Shown here piece after piece: positions 26,144 to 34,958 of a stretch of DNA of 64,000 nucleotides. Source of the DNA: Bacteroidota bacterium (GTDB lineage Bacteria; Bacteroidota; Bacteroidia; B-17B0; Aurantibacillaceae); assembly GCA_021323535.1 (NCBI GenBank), contig JAJONO010000004.1:8094-72093 (forward strand). The letters run 5' to 3'. Below the pieces are notes generated by a model. The model was not told the origin of the DNA and made no database searches. It worked only from the letters and a program-made list of their open reading frames with translations. Each line of letters starts with the position of its first letter. Position 1 is the first letter of the stretch. The translations under genes were made by a program, and so were the position numbers.

Positions 26144-27559
26144 ATGAGTACCTTAACTAAAGAAAATAAACCGACTGAAAATAAAATGAAAGTTTGTCAG
26201 AATATCCTAGAAACAATCGGAAATACGCCGCTTGTAAAACTTAATAAAATTGTAAAAGGACTTCCATGCGATGTGTATGCGAAAGTGGAAACCTTTAATC
26301 CGGGTAACTCTATCAAGGATCGCATGGCAATTAAAATGATTGAAGATGCGGAGAAAGACGGTCGCCTAAAACCCGGCGGAACTATCATTGAAGGTACCAG
26401 CGGTAATACCGGTATGGGCCTCGCTATTGGCGCCGTGATCAAAGGATACAAATGTATTTTTACTACTACCGACAAACAAAGTAAAGAGAAAGTGGACGCT
26501 CTTCGTGCCTTCGGTGCAGAAGTAATTGTGTGCCCAACCGACGTTGATCCCGAAGATCCGCGCTCGTATTATTCAGTGTCTTCACGTTTGGTAAATGAAG
26601 TTCCTAATTCATGGAAACCAAATCAGTATGATAACTTAAGTAATACCCAGGCCCATTATGAGCAAACCGGACCAGAGATCTGGGATCAGACCGATGGAAA
26701 AGTAACTCACCTCGTTGTTGGTGTTGGAACCGGCGGAACTATTTGTGGAACCGGAAAATATTTGAAAGAAAAAAATCCGAAACTCCAGGTATTGGGAATT
26801 GATACTTATGGCTCAGTATTTAAAAAATATAAAGAGACAGGGATTTTTGATAAGAATGAAATCTATCCTTATATCACAGAAGGTATCGGAGAAGATTTTC
26901 TTCCTGCGAACGTAGACTTCAATATCATTGATCATTTCGAAAAAGTTACCGATAAAGACGCCGCCATCATGACGCGCCGCATTCCTAAAGAAGAAGGGAT
27001 TTTTGTTGGAAATAGCGCCGGTTCTGCTTTAGCGGGATTGATGCAGATGAAGGATAAATTCAAAAAAGGAGATGTTGTAGTTATTATTTTCCACGATCAC
27101 GGAACACGTTACATGGGTAAAATGTTTAACGATGACTGGATGCGCGACCGCAATTTCCTTGAAGTAACAAAACCAAAAGCTATTGATCTTATTGCAAATC
27201 ATAAAGGACAAAAATTATTAACGCTCGATGTAAACTCTACCATTGGTGAAGCGTTAAACATTCTGAGCAAGTATAATATTTCGCAGATCCCGGTTACAGA
27301 TAAACATGAATTTGTCGGATCTATTAACGACAGTTATATCTTCAACAAACTTTTAGATGATAACGATATCAAACATCAACCTGTGAAGGCCCTTATGCAG
27401 AAGCCTTTCCCGGTTGTTGGCGAGCAGGTTCCTATCGAAGAAGTGAGTAAGCTTATTAATAAAGATAACAACGCTGTTCTTCTCAAAGATCTTGGCGGTA
27501 ATATGCACATCATTACCAAACACGATATTATTGAAGCAGTAGCCAAAATGGGTAACTAA
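26144..27559 (+). CDS. Cystathionine beta-synthase-type PLP enzyme with C-terminal CBS-domain pair
   Basis: PLP lysine context NPGNSIKDRMA, GTSGNTG and GVGTGGT loops, and two C-terminal CBS motifs. Confidence 0.85.
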   Translation: MSTLTKENKPTENKMKVCQNILETIGNTPLVKLNKIVKGLPCDVYAKVETFNPGNSIKDRMAIKMIEDAEKDGRLKPGGTIIEGTSGNTGMGLAIGAVIKGYKCIFTTTDKQSKEKVDALRAFGAEVIVCPTDVDPEDPRSYYSVSSRLVNEVPNSWKPNQYDNLSNTQAHYEQTGPEIWDQTDGKVTHLVVGVGTGGTICGTGKYLKEKNPKLQVLGIDTYGSVFKKYKETGIFDKNEIYPYITEGIGEDFLPANVDFNIIDHFEKVTDKDAAIMTRRIPKEEGIFVGNSAGSALAGLMQMKDKFKKGDVVVIIFHDHGTRYMGKMFNDDWMRDRNFLEVTKPKAIDLIANHKGQKLLTLDVNSTIGEALNILSKYNISQIPVTDKHEFVGSINDSYIFNKLLDDNDIKHQPVKALMQKPFPVVGEQVPIEEVSKLINKDNNAVLLKDLGGNMHIITKHDIIEAVAKMGN

Positions 27560-27575
27560 CTTATAGCTCTCCCTT

Positions 27576-27647
27576 TTTAAGCCGCAGATTACACGGATTT
27601 ACACAGATTAAACAATCTCCGGAATCTGTGAAATCTGCGGCTTTTTT
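27576..27647 (+). terminator. Long hairpin with T-run after the cystathionine beta-synthase gene; member of the word-repeat family
   Basis: AAGCCGCAGATT (27579-27590) pairs with AAATCTGCGGCTT (27631-27643), then TTTTT. Internal CACAGATT / AATCTGTG words. Confidence 0.6.
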
Positions 27648-27774
27648 ATTGAGTGGGGTTAGACGGCCTCCCCTCCCCCGGATAGCGGTATTTTTAATTT
27701 TATTATGTTAATCCATGCAAAAAGGATTGGAGGCCTGCTATTTATTTATTTACTTAGATTAAATAATTTTTAAT

Positions 27775-29388
27775 ATGAAAAAAGTTTTTGTTACCGTTGC
27801 CGTATTCTGTGTTTCGCTGTTAAGCGCGCAAACAACTAAACGTCCCGACAACTGGTTCAACATGGATCCGACCGATGATAAGGTGAATGGAGTAAGTACA
27901 GAAAAAACCTATAAAGAATTACTAAAGGATAAAAAATCTGTTCCGGTAATTGTAGGTGTACTTGACAGTGGCGTTGATTTTGAACATGAAGATCTTAAAT
28001 CGGTTATGTGGACCAATCCCGGAGAAATTCCAGGAAATGGCATCGACGATGACAAGAACGGATACGTAGATGATATTCACGGGTGGAACTTCCTCGGAAA
28101 TAAAGACGGAAGAAATGTAGAGTGCGAAAATCTTGAAGCTACGCGTTTATTACGCAAATTAAAACCTAAATACGAAAACAAAACCGAAGCCGATCTCAAA
28201 ACAAAAGAAGAGAAAGAAGAGTATAAACTGTATTTAGCAGTAAAAGACAACTGGCAAAAAACCAAAGAGAAATTCGAAGGTGGATATAACCAGGTAAAAT
28301 TCATTTACGAAGGCCTTACTAACTTAAACAACAAAGCAAAAGAACAATTAAAAGTAAGCAAAGTGGATGTTGTTGCTCTCGAAAAATTTGAGCCTGCAGA
28401 TAAGACCGACAAACAAATGAAAGCCATTGCTCTTCTGATGATCAAGGGCGGACAAGGTGATAATCTGGATGATATTAATCTGGAACTAAAGGAGAATTAC
28501 GACCAGCTTCGTCCTTATGTTGAATGCGGCGTTAACCTTGATTTTGATCCGAGAAGTATTGTTGGTGATGATTACAACAATCCTAACGATAGAAATTACG
28601 GGAACCCTGATTGTAATGGTCCAAATAGTTTTCACGGCACGCACGTAGCCGGAATTATTGCTGCTGCGCGTAACAACGGAGTTGGTATGGATGGCGTTGC
28701 AGCCGATGTAAAGATCATGGCGGTACGCTGTGTTCCTAATGGCGATGAACGTGATAAAGACGTTGCCAATGCCATTCGTTACGCTGTAGATAACGGAGCT
28801 ACTATCTTAAACATGAGCTTCGGGAAAAAATTCAGCTGGGATAAAAAAGTAGTTGACGATGCTGTGAAATATGCTGAAAGTAAAGGTGTATTGTTGATGC
28901 ACGCTGCAGGAAACGATCACGCTGATATTGATGTGGAAACACATTACCCTTGCAAAAAATTCGAAAACGGTAAAGAAGCCACTAACTTTATGGACGTGGG
29001 CGCTCTGAGTTGGAAACCAGACGATAAGATCGTTGCAACATTCTCTAACTACGGAAAAAAGACGGTAGATATTTTCTCTCCGGGAGTTGACATTTATTCT
29101 ACTACTCCTAAAAACGGATACAAAGATGCCAGCGGTACAAGTATGGCAACACCTGTAGCTTGTGGAGTTGCGGCCGTATTAAAATCATACTATCCAAATC
29201 TTACTCCTCAGCAGATCAAAAAGATCCTGATCAAGAGTAGTCTTAAAACCTATAAAGGAAAAAAAGTAATTAAGCCAGGGACAAAAGATGAAATGGTGAA
29301 ATTTGAAAAGCTTGGAAAAAATGCCGGCGTTGTTAACTTATACGAAGCAGTAAAAATGGCCGAGAAATTTTCTAAAACAAAAACCTGA
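27775..29388 (+). CDS. Secreted subtilisin-like serine protease (peptidase S8)
   Basis: Signal peptide; catalytic contexts VGVLDSGVD, HGTHVAGIIAA, AAGND, SGTSMATP. Confidence 0.9.
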   Translation: MKKVFVTVAVFCVSLLSAQTTKRPDNWFNMDPTDDKVNGVSTEKTYKELLKDKKSVPVIVGVLDSGVDFEHEDLKSVMWTNPGEIPGNGIDDDKNGYVDDIHGWNFLGNKDGRNVECENLEATRLLRKLKPKYENKTEADLKTKEEKEEYKLYLAVKDNWQKTKEKFEGGYNQVKFIYEGLTNLNNKAKEQLKVSKVDVVALEKFEPADKTDKQMKAIALLMIKGGQGDNLDDINLELKENYDQLRPYVECGVNLDFDPRSIVGDDYNNPNDRNYGNPDCNGPNSFHGTHVAGIIAAARNNGVGMDGVAADVKIMAVRCVPNGDERDKDVANAIRYAVDNGATILNMSFGKKFSWDKKVVDDAVKYAESKGVLLMHAAGNDHADIDVETHYPCKKFENGKEATNFMDVGALSWKPDDKIVATFSNYGKKTVDIFSPGVDIYSTTPKNGYKDASGTSMATPVACGVAAVLKSYYPNLTPQQIKKILIKSSLKTYKGKKVIKPGTKDEMVKFEKLGKNAGVVNLYEAVKMAEKFSKTKT

Positions 29389-29410
29389 TAATTGTGAGAT
29401 AATCTCCATG

Positions 29411-29441
29411 AGCCCTTCTGTTACGCAGAGGGGCTTTTTTA
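29411..29441 (+). terminator. Intrinsic terminator after the S8 protease gene
   Basis: AGCCCTTCTG / CAGAGGGGCT stem (1 mismatch) followed by TTTTTT. Confidence 0.6.
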
Positions 29442-29454
29442 TGTAAACACTTTT

Positions 29455-29700
29455 CACAAAAGTTTCACCACAGGTGAAACGACTCTGCGATCTCTGCATC
29501 TCTGCGATTTAATTTTGCTTCAGGTTTTTCCACCGCAGAGAAACGGAGAACAGAGGGATTTCTAAAAGCTCTGGTTATTACATTGGAATTTTTCATTGGA
29601 AACAGAACAGATTACGCCTTTGGTGAAATAATCTCTGTGCCCTCTGTATCTCTGCGCCTTCGCTGTAGCTTCAGCGCAAGCGTTGTGGTAAAAAAAAGAT
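29455..29700. repeat. Largest CAGAGA-type word-repeat block (about 245 nt)
   Basis: GTTTCACC-aca-GGTGAAAC hairpin, CTCTGCGAT-CTCTGCAT-CTCTGCGAT (29484-29507), CCACCGCAGAGAAACGGAGAACAGAGGG (29530-29557), CCCTCTGTATCTCTGCG (29640-29656). Confidence 0.75.
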
Positions 29701-29704
29701 TGTG

Positions 29705-31051
29705 CTATGCAAGAAGTGTCTCTTTAATGATACAGGTCATATTACCATCTTCATCAAAATCGCCCACAACAATATGGATTGACTTATTGCATAGTTCTTC
29801 ATTGAAAGGGTACTTTACTTTGATATAATTCTGGGTAAAGCCATACATGAAGCCTTCTTTGTTTTCATGCTCAAATATAACTGTGAACTCTTTTCCTTTT
29901 TGTTTTTCGTAAAACGCACGCAATTTTTTGGCTGAAAGGATCCTCAGCATTTTGTTACGGCGTTTACGCTCAGCAACTGGAACAACACCTGCAAGATGAA
30001 TAGCCTCGGTGTTATCACGTTCGCTATAGGTGAATACGTGCAGATAAGAAATATCCAATGCGTTAATGAAGTTGTATGTCTCCAGGAAATGATCTTCTGT
30101 CTCGCCGGGAAAACCAACGATCACATCTACTCCTATACAGCATTCCGGCATCAGTTGTTTGATCTTTGAAACACGGTCAGAATACAATTCGCGTTGGTAG
30201 CGACGTTTCATTTTTTTGAGAATCTCATTACTTCCACTTTGTAGAGGAATATGAAAATGTGGCACAAACCGTTCCGACTTCGAAACAAATTCTATTATAT
30301 CGTCGTTAAGCAGGTTTGGCTCTATAGATGAAATACGGAAGCGCTCAATCTCTTTTACTTTGTCAAGTTCCGTTATAAGATCAAGAAAATTATAATCTTT
30401 TCTTTTGCGTATATCACCGTCGATATTTTGTCCGTAACCAAAGTCACCTATGTTTACGCCCGTAAGTACAATTTCTTTTACTCCGCTTGCCGCAATTTTA
30501 TTGGCGTTGGCGATCACATTATCGATAGTGTCACTCCGGCTTTTTCCACGTGCCAGAGGAATTGTACAGAAAGTACAACTGTAATCACAGCCGTCCTGCA
30601 CTTTAAGGAAAGAACGGGTACGGTCTCCCACGCTATAAGCATCAACAAAAAAATCAGCTTCGCTTATCTCGCAATTATGAATATCGGCGTGTTCTTTCTT
30701 TCCGGAAAGATTGATATAATTTAAAAGTTTGAATTTTTCAGTGGCGCCAAGTACAACATCCACACCCTCGATCGAAGAAATTTCGGCAGGTTTAAGCTGC
30801 GCATAACAACCAACAACAGCTATAAAAGCTTCGGGATTCTTTGAAAGCGCATTTTTAACAATAGAACGGCATTCCTTATCCGCGTTTTCGGTCACAGAAC
30901 AGGTATTGATCACATACACATCGGCCGGGTCTGAAAAATCCTTCTTCACAAAGCCTTTTTCCTTAAACAAACGCGCAATGGTGGATGTTTCGGAAAAATT
31001 AAGCTTGCAGCCCAATGTATGAAAAGCGACTGTTTTACCTTCAAAAGACAT
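29705..31051 (-). CDS. mtaB: tRNA (t6A37) methylthiotransferase MtaB (radical SAM)
   Basis: UPF0004 N-domain (FHTLGCKLNFSE...VINTCSVT), radical-SAM CDYSCTFCTIP, and a C-terminal TRAM-like region. Confidence 0.85.
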   Translation of the reverse strand: MSFEGKTVAFHTLGCKLNFSETSTIARLFKEKGFVKKDFSDPADVYVINTCSVTENADKECRSIVKNALSKNPEAFIAVVGCYAQLKPAEISSIEGVDVVLGATEKFKLLNYINLSGKKEHADIHNCEISEADFFVDAYSVGDRTRSFLKVQDGCDYSCTFCTIPLARGKSRSDTIDNVIANANKIAASGVKEIVLTGVNIGDFGYGQNIDGDIRKRKDYNFLDLITELDKVKEIERFRISSIEPNLLNDDIIEFVSKSERFVPHFHIPLQSGSNEILKKMKRRYQRELYSDRVSKIKQLMPECCIGVDVIVGFPGETEDHFLETYNFINALDISYLHVFTYSERDNTEAIHLAGVVPVAERKRRNKMLRILSAKKLRAFYEKQKGKEFTVIFEHENKEGFMYGFTQNYIKVKYPFNEELCNKSIHIVVGDFDEDGNMTCIIKETLLA

Positions 31052-31056
31052 GGGCG

Positions 31057-31064
31057 CAAAGATA
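31057..31064 (-). promoter_or_regulatory. -7 box (TATCTTTG) 5 nt upstream of the mtaB ATG
   Basis: Minus strand reads TATCTTTG-cgccc-ATG. Confidence 0.45.
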
Positions 31065-31099
31065 CGTATTTTTCAGCTTCCTTTTCCGACGTTTTACGC

Positions 31100-31145
31100 C
31101 TTACCAAACGGTAACTTACTACTTGGTAAGTTACCATTTGGTAAG
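31100..31145. promoter_or_regulatory. 46-nt palindrome in the mtaB / AAA-ATPase divergent promoter region
   Basis: CTTACCAAACGGTAACTTAC (31100-31119) and GTAAGTTACCATTTGGTAAG (31126-31145) are reverse complements with 1 mismatch. TTGGTAAG/CTTACCAA half-sites are iterated. Confidence 0.6.
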
Positions 31146-31160
31146 CTCCGCAAGTATTGC

Positions 31161-31168
31161 TATATTTG
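31161..31168 (+). promoter_or_regulatory. -7 box (TATATTTG) 7 nt upstream of the AAA-ATPase ATG
   Basis: TATATTTG-aataatc-ATG. Confidence 0.45.
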
Positions 31169-31175
31169 AATAATC

Positions 31176-32300
31176 ATGCAAACACCTTTTAATTTTGGAC
31201 GTACTGTAAAGAGCGAGTGCTTTACTAACCGGGAACAGGAAATCAAAAAACTGGCTTCTAATTTCCAGAACAAGATAAACACTACCATTATTTCTCCGCG
31301 ACGCTGGGGAAAATCGTCGCTGGTAGAAAAAGTAGCTGGGCAGGTAAAATCGAAAACGCTTAGAGTAATTACTATAGATCTTTTCGGGATGAGGACCGAA
31401 GAGGAGTTTTACAATGCCCTTGCAAATGCTGTTATTAAATCAACCTCAACCAAAACAGAAGAATGGCTTGAGCTTGGAAAAAAATTCCTGAAGACCATCA
31501 CGCCAAAGTTTACCCTGGAAATGGGCGAAAAACAAAACATGAGCATGGAACTGGATCTTGACGCCATAAAAAAATACTACCGAGAACTTCTTGATCTTCC
31601 TGAAAAAATAGCAAAGGAAAAAAACATTGAGATTGTGATCTGTATCGACGAATTCCAGAACATTTCCACCTTCAACGATCATATTGCCGTTCAGAAGCGG
31701 TTACGCAGCGTGTGGCAACATCATGAACATGTTACCTATTGTCTTTATGGAAGCAAACAGCACATGATGATGGACCTGTTCAACAAGCAGAGTAATCCTT
31801 TTTACAGGTTCGGCGAACTCATGTATCTTCCAAAAATAGCCGAGGCGAAATGGGTAAGCTATATTACGAAGCAATTCTCAAAAACAAAGAAAGAGATCAG
31901 CTCCGAACTGGCCCTCAAAATAGCGCAGGCTGTAAAATGCCATCCATATTACGTTCAGCAGCTGGCACATTTAACCTGGATAAATACCGATAAAAAAGCA
32001 ACCGAAGCCATTCTGAAACAAAGTACTCAGGAACTCCTGGAACAAAATGCTATTCTGTACTTCAAGGAAACAGAAGAACTCAACAATACCGAGCTTAATC
32101 TGCTAAAGGCTATTGTGAAAAACGAAAAACAGTTATCTTCCAAAGAAACTATACAGAAGTACAAGCTCGGAACTTCGGCCAATGTGATCAAAGCTAAAAA
32201 CACGCTTATTCAGAAAGAGATCATTGATATTTCGCAAGGTAATGCCGAATTTATTGATCCCGCCTATGAACTCTGGTTCATGAACAACATTACCCTTTAG
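31176..32300 (+). CDS. AAA ATPase of the Arch_ATPase type
   Basis: FTNREQEI...IISPRRWGKSSL (Walker A) and VICIDEFQ (Walker B); 374 aa with a C-terminal helical region. Confidence 0.75.
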   Translation: MQTPFNFGRTVKSECFTNREQEIKKLASNFQNKINTTIISPRRWGKSSLVEKVAGQVKSKTLRVITIDLFGMRTEEEFYNALANAVIKSTSTKTEEWLELGKKFLKTITPKFTLEMGEKQNMSMELDLDAIKKYYRELLDLPEKIAKEKNIEIVICIDEFQNISTFNDHIAVQKRLRSVWQHHEHVTYCLYGSKQHMMMDLFNKQSNPFYRFGELMYLPKIAEAKWVSYITKQFSKTKKEISSELALKIAQAVKCHPYYVQQLAHLTWINTDKKATEAILKQSTQELLEQNAILYFKETEELNNTELNLLKAIVKNEKQLSSKETIQKYKLGTSANVIKAKNTLIQKEIIDISQGNAEFIDPAYELWFMNNITL

Positions 32301-32302
32301 TC

Positions 32303-32335
32303 AACTTACCACTTGGTAAGTTACCGTTTGGTAAG
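32303..32335. repeat. Second copy of the 33-nt TTGGTAAG-type repeat, 3 nt after the AAA-ATPase stop
   Basis: AACTTACCACTTGGTAAGTTACCGTTTGGTAAG versus 31113-31145 AACTTACTACTTGGTAAGTTACCATTTGGTAAG: 31/33 identical. Confidence 0.8.
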
Positions 32336-32387
32336 TTCAGGTACAAGCTTGCTCCTTACTCCATTTTTAAAAGACCCGTTTTTGTCG

Positions 32388-32395
32388 TACATTTG
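32388..32395 (+). promoter_or_regulatory. -7 box (TACATTTG) upstream of purB
   Basis: TACATTTG 14 nt before the purB ATG. Confidence 0.4.
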
Positions 32396-32409
32396 CTCTT
32401 TGCAATTTT

Positions 32410-33765
32410 ATGGAATTACAGGCTTTAACAGCAATTTCACCAGTAGACGGACGTTACAGAAAAACAACCGGGCCACTTGATATTTACTTTTCGGAATTCG
32501 GACTTATCAAGTACCGTGTCCTCGTAGAAATAGAATACTTTATCACACTGGCTGAGGTTGGTCTGCCACAGCTTCCAAAGCTCAACGATTCACAGAAACA
32601 CAAGCTGAAAGACATTTACCGCAATTTTTCCATTGCAGATGCTCAGACAATAAAAGATACTGAAAAAACAACCAACCACGACGTTAAAGCCGTGGAATAT
32701 TTCGTGAAAGAAAAACTTTCAGAAAACGGATTACAGGATTATCTGGAGTTTGTCCACTTTGGTCTGACTTCACAGGATATTAACAACACCAGCATTCCTT
32801 TGTCGCTGAAAGATGCTACAACCGAGCAGATCCTTCCTTCATTAAAAAAAGTGACCGAGAAATTAAGCACCATGGCCCGTGAATGGAAAGACATTTCGCT
32901 TTTGGCGAGAACTCATGGACAACCTGCCTCGCCTACCAAACTCGGAAAAGAAATTTTTGTTTTTGTTGAGCGTCTGAATAAACAGATACAGATACTGGAA
33001 CAAACTTCGTACTCCGCTAAATTCGGAGGCGCCACCGGAAACTTTAACGCTCATTATGTAGCATATCCAAAAACCGACTGGATCGGTTTCGGAAACAATT
33101 TCGTGAATAAAGTGCTTGGTCTCGACCGCTCGCAATTCACCACACAAATTGAACATTACGATAATCTTGCCGCGTATTGCGATGCTGTGAAGCGTATCAA
33201 TACCATTTTAATTGATCTCTCCCGCGACGTCTGGACCTACGTGAGCATGGATTATTTCAAACAGAAATTAAAAGCAGGAGAGATCGGATCATCGGCTATG
33301 CCCCACAAAGTGAATCCTATTGATTTTGAGAACGCCGAAGGAAACCTTGGTATTGCCAATGCTGTTTTCGAACATCTTGCCGCAAAACTTCCTGTATCGC
33401 GTTTACAGAGGGATCTAACCGACAGTACGGTTCTGAGAAACATTGGCGTTCCTATCGCGCATTCACTTATTTCATACACAAGTATTCTCAAAGGATTGGA
33501 TAAACTGATTTTAAATGAAGCTTCCCTTAAAAATGACCTTGAAGATAACTGGGCCGTTGTGGCCGAAGCCATTCAAACTATTCTGAGAAGAGAGGCTTAT
33601 CCGAAACCTTATGAAGCATTGAAAGATCTTACCAGAACCAATACTCACATTACAGAAAAGGCTATTCAGGACTTTATAAATACTTTAAATGTAAGCGACA
33701 GCGTAAAAGCCGAACTAAAAAAAATAACACCGCACAATTATACCGGAGTAAATCCGAATTACTAA
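32410..33765 (+). CDS. purB: Adenylosuccinate lyase
   Basis: GSSAMPHKVNP signature and fumarate-lyase family motifs; 451 aa. Confidence 0.95.
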   Translation: MELQALTAISPVDGRYRKTTGPLDIYFSEFGLIKYRVLVEIEYFITLAEVGLPQLPKLNDSQKHKLKDIYRNFSIADAQTIKDTEKTTNHDVKAVEYFVKEKLSENGLQDYLEFVHFGLTSQDINNTSIPLSLKDATTEQILPSLKKVTEKLSTMAREWKDISLLARTHGQPASPTKLGKEIFVFVERLNKQIQILEQTSYSAKFGGATGNFNAHYVAYPKTDWIGFGNNFVNKVLGLDRSQFTTQIEHYDNLAAYCDAVKRINTILIDLSRDVWTYVSMDYFKQKLKAGEIGSSAMPHKVNPIDFENAEGNLGIANAVFEHLAAKLPVSRLQRDLTDSTVLRNIGVPIAHSLISYTSILKGLDKLILNEASLKNDLEDNWAVVAEAIQTILRREAYPKPYEALKDLTRTNTHITEKAIQDFINTLNVSDSVKAELKKITPHNYTGVNPNY

Positions 33766-33766
33766 T

Positions 33767-34225
33767 ATGAACAGAGCGTGGACATACATCATCAGCAAAG
33801 AGCTTTCACCGGAGCAGCTACAAGCCATCCGTGAAGCGGGAGAGGATTTCGTGAAAGGCTGGACTGCTCACGAACAGCAGTTAACAGGCCATTTCAGCAT
33901 TGAAGGCAACAGGATCATTGTAGTGAAAGTAAATGAAGATGTTCATGGAGCAAGCGGATGCAGTATTGATAAACTCACACGATTTGTAAAACAACTTGAA
34001 TCAACTTTCTCCATCGAATTAATGAATCGCTTATTGGTAGCTTATAAAAACAATAACGCAATCAGTGTGGTTCATTCTTCAAAAATAAAAGAACTCCTTG
34101 CCGAAGGAAAAATCACAGAAGACACATTGGTTTATAACACTTCATTATCTAACCAGGAAGAACTTCAGAACTGGGAACAACCCTTAAAGAAAACCTGGTT
34201 GAGTAAGTATTTAATCGCAAGTTAA
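33767..34225 (+). CDS. Conserved hypothetical protein, translationally coupled to purB
   Basis: 152-aa ORF starting 1 nt after the purB stop; no recognisable catalytic motif. Confidence 0.6.
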   Translation: MNRAWTYIISKELSPEQLQAIREAGEDFVKGWTAHEQQLTGHFSIEGNRIIVVKVNEDVHGASGCSIDKLTRFVKQLESTFSIELMNRLLVAYKNNNAISVVHSSKIKELLAEGKITEDTLVYNTSLSNQEELQNWEQPLKKTWLSKYLIAS

Positions 34226-34231
34226 AAAATA

Positions 34232-34272
34232 GCTTTGCATAACTCTTCGAAAACCTTTGCGCTACTTTGTGT
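34232..34272. repeat. Short CTTTGCG-type word repeat
   Basis: CTTTGCATAACTCTTCGAAAACCTTTGCGCTACTTTGTG lies between convergent genes. Confidence 0.4.
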
Positions 34273-34280
34273 GAAAAACA

Positions 34281-34958
34281 TCAGAACTCGTACGAATATC
34301 CCACGCCATATATAAATAAACGGCGAGTCACCTTGAAAGAATTTAATTCGTGCTGGTAACCGAAATACAATTCCACTTCGTTTTTCTTTGTGATCTTATA
34401 ACTTGTTCCAACAAAAGATCTGGAACGGTCGAAACCTTTGTTCTGTGCCTGGTAGAAAGGGAGCCATAACTCCGATGAAACCGAAAAAGAAACCCTCTTG
34501 TTCAATTCATATTTTGCTGTGAGTTTATTCCGTTCATAAAATATTGGAACCTGCCCATCCGGACTGGAATAAAACTCATTTACTTGCCCCTGTACACGGT
34601 TGCGATAAGAAAAGACAAAGCTTCCGACTTTTTTTCTGAGAATTACTGCCACATAAAGACGGTGCCTGTTTCCGAATAAAAGATCGCCGCCTCTTCTGTT
34701 CATGTACATATAATCCAGTTGCACCCTGATGTTTTTATGAAGACGGTACGTAACACCAAGATCAAAAGAAGCGCGCTGATACCTGGAAACATTATCGTTA
34801 AAGCGGCTCTGGTGATTTAAATGCAGGTTGAAATTATCATTCAGCTTCTTTTCAAGATGAATATTTCCCCAAACCACAGCGTCGTCCTGATACTCCTGTC
34901 CGTTTAAAACAAGATTAAATAATAAAAGAAATCCTATGAAATATTTAATTCTTCTCAT
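34281..34958 (-). CDS. Predicted outer-membrane beta-barrel protein (possibly DUF2490-like)
   Basis: Signal peptide after the Met at 34958 (the ORF extends to 34985), alternating beta-strand pattern, and a terminal aromatic ...GYSYEF. Confidence 0.55.
   Translation of the reverse strand: MRRIKYFIGFLLLFNLVLNGQEYQDDAVVWGNIHLEKKLNDNFNLHLNHQSRFNDNVSRYQRASFDLGVTYRLHKNIRVQLDYMYMNRRGGDLLFGNRHRLYVAVILRKKVGSFVFSYRNRVQGQVNEFYSSPDGQVPIFYERNKLTAKYELNKRVSFSVSSELWLPFYQAQNKGFDRSRSFVGTSYKITKKNEVELYFGYQHELNSFKVTRRLFIYGVGYSYEF

Noticed and set aside
31100-32335. Calling the repeat-flanked ATPase gene a mobile element
   Set aside because: There is no transposase, integrase or recombinase, and no terminal inverted repeats typical of IS elements. 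A 33-nt flank is too long for a usual target-site duplication. It is kept as a finding but not annotated as a mobile element.
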